Under the pieces are notes generated by a model. It was not told the DNA's origin. It searched no databases and worked only from the letters and a program-made list of their open reading frames with translations. From IMG/VR virus record IMGVR_UViG_3300025168_000117: a stretch of DNA of 54,041 nucleotides, one strand, 5' to 3'. Made by a program: the position numbers and the translations under genes. How positions within the stretch are numbered: position 1 is the stretch's first letter; every line of letters starts with the position of its first letter. The DNA comes from a virus. This document shows positions 50,532-54,041 of the stretch, one piece after another.

Positions 50532-50719
50532 TACATTTGTCTCCATAACATTGTTACAAGCATAACTATTGTAGTCCCACAAAAACCAATCATTATAGCT
50601 TCAATTCTTTTTATACGAGTAATTGTTTCTTTCCAACGTTCTGCACATACTGCTTCATGAGTGTTTAGTTTCGAGTCTGCTTTTCTAGCAACTTCAATAG
50701 CTGTTAATCTCTTAGCCAA
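50531..50719 (-). CDS. Small protein with C-terminal TM segment (62 aa), TTG start
   Basis: Track ORF. The TTG at 50717..50719 lies 7 nt after GGAGA. The C-terminus is IMIGFCGTTIVMLVTMLW. Confidence 0.55.
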   Translation of the reverse strand: MAKRLTAIEVARKADSKLNTHEAVCAERWKETITRIKRIEAIMIGFCGTTIVMLVTMLWRQM

Positions 50720-50722
50720 TGA

Positions 50723-51358
50723 TTATCTCCGATAACTTCTTACATCGTAATCATCTGGCCAATCTTCTATTGGTGCATTTCCTGTAGGATTTCCAGAGCC
50801 ATCTCTAGGAACTACAAATAAAGCAGAAAAAGCAGACATGTCTGAAGCACTATCTATTTTGCCATTAATAGTAGTTGTTGCTGTTCTAACAGATGCGACA
50901 TATGTTTTTACTGCTGTTGGTATAGTTTTAGAATTATCATAAGTATATCTTTCAACAAGCCAATTATACACACTAATTAAAGCAGTAGCATTTTGATTAG
51001 TTTTTCTTTTATAAATTGTTTTAAGACCTTCATTAATTTCTTGATTGCCTTTGTAATCATTAATAGCATTTCCATCATCATCAACTTTATTACTATCAGC
51101 TAAAGGTAAATCAGAAGCTTTTACAATAGTTTCATCAACTTTATCGCCACTTACAGCATATGTAGCAGGTTTTTCTATGTAAAATTTTGCATCTAATTTT
51201 GTAGCTGTAGCAATAGGGTAAATTCCAATAGCTTTTCTTTCTGAATCTGACATACCTATCAATTCAGTTTTATCGTAATTTCTATTAGAAACAGTCAATT
51301 TACTTGGTAACTCATTAAAAGTTCGTTTTACTGTTCCACTTTCTACTAATGCCCACAT
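50723..51358 (-). CDS. Fibre-adjacent protein of unknown function (211 aa)
   Basis: Track ORF directly downstream of the 861-aa fibre gene. It could be a fibre assembly or accessory protein, judged from position only. Confidence 0.6.
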   Translation of the reverse strand: MWALVESGTVKRTFNELPSKLTVSNRNYDKTELIGMSDSERKAIGIYPIATATKLDAKFYIEKPATYAVSGDKVDETIVKASDLPLADSNKVDDDGNAINDYKGNQEINEGLKTIYKRKTNQNATALISVYNWLVERYTYDNSKTIPTAVKTYVASVRTATTTINGKIDSASDMSAFSALFVVPRDGSGNPTGNAPIEDWPDDYDVRSYRR

Positions 51359-51372
51359 TTTATTTTCTCCTT

Positions 51373-53958
51373 TTAATTTTTAGTTAAACCACCTGTAGCA
51401 AACTTCATAGGATTATGAGCAAAGGCAGCATACACAATCTTATATCCTGAACCATTTAAACCTTCCCATGATGTTACTGGACTAAATCCTGTGCTATAAA
51501 ATCTTATATTAAATGTTGTCCCACTTGAATACGCATGATCCGCATTCCAACGCACATTTTTTGTAGTGTAATTATATCCTTCATCTTCTCGAGTAAATTG
51601 AACCCATGACTCTCCAGAACCTACATATCGCACCATAAGAAAAGCTGGTTCAAAGCCACAATGGACAAAAGGATATTGATCAGGAGATCCTGAACCTGCA
51701 ATTCCTTGATAAGAACCAAATTTACTAAATCCTTCTGTTGTTGCAAAACACCATAGTTGATAAGTTATAGAGCCTTGGTTTACTCGAGCATAAGCAGTAA
51801 AAGGTAAGTCTGTTGCGGATGGATTAGTAGTAAACATACCATTAGCACCTTGATTTGTTACCCAAGGATCTCCGTTTTCACATTCACCAAAAGAATCATA
51901 ATCTCCGTTATCATGACCACAATGCCACAAAGCCCATCCATTATTTGCATTCAATGCTTTTGCAATAACCATTGAAGGTTTAACTCCTAAACCATGTTTA
52001 AGAACTCCATTGCTGCCTGTCCCAGTATATTTCCCTATTGTTATTCCTCTTTCTGATGAAGTGTATCTAGCTACATCAATGTCTCCACCAGTTTCATTTG
52101 TTATAGAGCCACCAGCATTAAACAAACTTGCAATATAACTCATTCCACTATAATTAAGGTAATCAATGTCACCCATTGTAATGCTTGTTGCTGATGTAGC
52201 TTTTACTCCACTATAAGGAGCAGATGCAGTACCATAGTTATTTAAATTAAATTCTGTATAAGGGGTAGTTGATCCATAATCTTGTTTTATAATATTGAAC
52301 CAACTTTTAGTGCTATCTGTTCTTTTAGCCCAGACACCATCAGCATCTAATTTTGTAGTTACAACGTGAGCATTAGAACCACTACTTCCTGCATATTTTA
52401 AAGCTTGATAAAAATTTTGAGGACCACTTCCACCATCACCTGAATCTGTTTCACTTTCAGGATCTGCTGCTGGAGTCGGCATATTTGCAGTACACAGAGC
52501 TAAAAATCCACTTGGAGGAGCATATTTGAAATTGCCTATGCCGTTTTCATCAGTTGCTGTTCCTGCTGTCTGATATCCATAATGAGAACTATCTTGTCCG
52601 CAGTTGATAGACATTCGTCTACTACCATAATTCATGCACATTATAGCTAGCCAACCATCAACTCTTCTACCTAAAACAGTTCCATTACTTCCTCCTGCAG
52701 GATCACCAGAATTTTGATAAGCATTATTTTTTGCAAAATATACTTTTCCATTATCTAAATCTATAGCCATTGCTATATTATCACCTGTTGTCCATGCTGA
52801 AGCACTAGTAGTAGAACCATCTTGCTCACCTATATTACCACTACCTGAAGTCCAAACAGGATTTTGAGCAGGAGCATAACTTGTCCCTGGACCTGTATAA
52901 TCACCATAGTTTCTAGGCATTCCTTCATAAGCTTGCATAAATCCTATGGCTTGACTAGTATCTTGAGGAACAAACTCAACATAAAATTTTCCTTTTAAAG
53001 GAAGACCTTGTGTAGTTATAGCAACTTCATAACTACCATTTGTGTTTGAAAAAAATGTATTGCCATACCGAAGATCCATAGTTCCATAATAAGGAAAAGC
53101 ATTCATATTCCAGTTGTAAAACCTTCCACCAACACTACTGCTATTATGAGTAGGAGACTCTTTTCGAGTTGAAGCAGTTATAAAACCATTTGCTGTAAAA
53201 TTATTTCCATTACCACTACTATCTGTGCCTAAAGCTCCTGCTGCAAATTTTAACCAAAAACCATTTGTTCCCCATGAAATTCCAGAACTTAAATCTTTGG
53301 GCACCCAAACTCCGTTTTTAAATTCACCGAATGTGGTGCAATCATAAGATTGCCCATCAGCTAGGGCAACATCAGCCATATAACCATTAAAATATTCTCC
53401 TGTACTATAACTTCCTATCCAATTCACACGACCAGTTAAATTTACATCTGACTCTGCATTTTGTCCTAAAGAAGTTGTAGTGTCTTTATAATACTCTGTA
53501 ACTTCATGTCCATTTAAATATTGACGAACTCTATTTGCTGCTGAACCTTGTGTTGTATCTACACGATAGACAAAGTGATACCAACCAAAACCATCTTGTA
53601 ATCTATTTGATGTTGTTGTTTCCCAATTACTACTACTAGGATATTGGTAAGCATTTAAACAGTCATATTGAGCTGAATTACTATAATTTTGAAAAGAAAT
53701 TCTAAAATAATTTCCTCCTGTTGTACCAAACAATGAATAAGCAGCACTTGTATTTGATACTATATTTCTTTGTTTTTTAAACCAAACCGAATATGTCCAA
53801 GTTCTCCTGTTTCCTGCACCACCATTTGTTCTAGTAAGATAATCGTTAGATCCATCAAACAGTAATGATTGTTCTATTTGATAATCATAAAAACTTGTGC
53901 CACCACCAGATGCTCCAGCAGCACCCATTAATGCTTGTTTGTTAGCTCCTAAACTCAT
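51373..53958 (-). CDS. Receptor-binding / tail fibre protein with LamG-like and SPRY-like domains (861 aa)
   Basis: SLLFDGSNDYLTRT...TWTYSVWFKK...WYHFVYRVD...YLNGHEV...IGSYSTGEYFNGYMADVAL fits the LamG/concanavalin-like jelly roll. KGKFYVEFVPQ...IGF...GDNIAMAIDLDNGKVYFAKNN fits the SPRY signature. Confidence 0.6.
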   Translation of the reverse strand: MSLGANKQALMGAAGASGGGTSFYDYQIEQSLLFDGSNDYLTRTNGGAGNRRTWTYSVWFKKQRNIVSNTSAAYSLFGTTGGNYFRISFQNYSNSAQYDCLNAYQYPSSSNWETTTSNRLQDGFGWYHFVYRVDTTQGSAANRVRQYLNGHEVTEYYKDTTTSLGQNAESDVNLTGRVNWIGSYSTGEYFNGYMADVALADGQSYDCTTFGEFKNGVWVPKDLSSGISWGTNGFWLKFAAGALGTDSSGNGNNFTANGFITASTRKESPTHNSSSVGGRFYNWNMNAFPYYGTMDLRYGNTFFSNTNGSYEVAITTQGLPLKGKFYVEFVPQDTSQAIGFMQAYEGMPRNYGDYTGPGTSYAPAQNPVWTSGSGNIGEQDGSTTSASAWTTGDNIAMAIDLDNGKVYFAKNNAYQNSGDPAGGSNGTVLGRRVDGWLAIMCMNYGSRRMSINCGQDSSHYGYQTAGTATDENGIGNFKYAPPSGFLALCTANMPTPAADPESETDSGDGGSGPQNFYQALKYAGSSGSNAHVVTTKLDADGVWAKRTDSTKSWFNIIKQDYGSTTPYTEFNLNNYGTASAPYSGVKATSATSITMGDIDYLNYSGMSYIASLFNAGGSITNETGGDIDVARYTSSERGITIGKYTGTGSNGVLKHGLGVKPSMVIAKALNANNGWALWHCGHDNGDYDSFGECENGDPWVTNQGANGMFTTNPSATDLPFTAYARVNQGSITYQLWCFATTEGFSKFGSYQGIAGSGSPDQYPFVHCGFEPAFLMVRYVGSGESWVQFTREDEGYNYTTKNVRWNADHAYSSGTTFNIRFYSTGFSPVTSWEGLNGSGYKIVYAAFAHNPMKFATGGLTKN

Positions 53959-54041
53959 TATGCCATTGCCAATCCTGCAGCAAATCCAAAGTAGGTTGTG
54001 CCACCATCAAAAGTTGTAAAGGTTAAAATATCTATCCCAGA
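53944..54041. repeat. 98-bp terminal direct repeat (copy 2), identical to 1..98
   Basis: Read directly. It contains the duplicated 3' end of the 465-aa ORF and the first codons of the 861-aa ORF. Confidence 0.95.

Noticed and set aside
1-54041. Searched by eye for tRNA/tmRNA genes, CRISPR repeats, integrase/recombinase, transposase, reverse transcriptase (DGR/retron), toxin-antitoxin pairs and phage RNA polymerase.
   Set aside because: The only noncoding stretches longer than 100 bp (5040..5147, 23146..23406, 25135..25428) show no cloverleaf-like or regularly spaced repeat structure. No ORF shows the corresponding catalytic motifs. Absence is by eye only and should be confirmed with tRNAscan-SE and HMM searches.

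Overview
The window is a complete, circularly closed tailed-phage genome. The first 98 bases recur exactly at 53944..54041, so the unique sequence is 53,943 bp, and gene order runs straight through the junction. The DNA is visibly AT-rich and almost entirely coding.

Architecture:
- A plus-strand replication and nucleotide-metabolism arm spans 25429..40652. It carries an AEP-type primase, UvrD-like helicase, ThyX, HAD phosphatase, DnaQ-like exonuclease, DnaE-type polymerase, SNF2 helicase, VRR-NUC nuclease and a putative SSB/annealing protein.
- It diverges at 25135..25428 from one very long minus-strand arm, which runs 25134 -> 15 and then, through the junction, 53958 -> 40635.
- The minus arm carries, in order: small early ORFs, TerS/TerL, portal, an accessory island, then a GroES-like co-chaperonin, scaffold, major capsid protein, tail and fibre genes, holin-like membrane proteins, and large internal-virion-type proteins including a GNAT.
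- The accessory island holds three tandem paralogues, six tiny lysine-rich ORFs, an SNase-like nuclease, a GH24 lysozyme and envelope proteins.

No tRNA, rRNA, CRISPR array, integrase, transposase or reverse transcriptase was recognised. No tail sheath or tube genes were recognised either, so a short-tailed virion is likely; this is inference only.

Most interesting signals:
1. A three-gene array sharing a conserved N-terminal leader on unrelated cargo domains.
2. A chain of micro-ORFs encoding extremely basic proteins, three of which are absent from the ORF track.
3. A family of identical promoter modules (TTTACT-N17-TATGAT) with a duplicated leader.
4. A peptide motif conserved almost to the nucleotide in two distant virion genes.
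5. Two promoter-proximal genes sharing a C-terminal domain, one fused to a papain-like cysteine peptidase.
6. Replisome proteins ending in acidic tails with a terminal Phe.

All family assignments were made by eye from motifs, not by database search.
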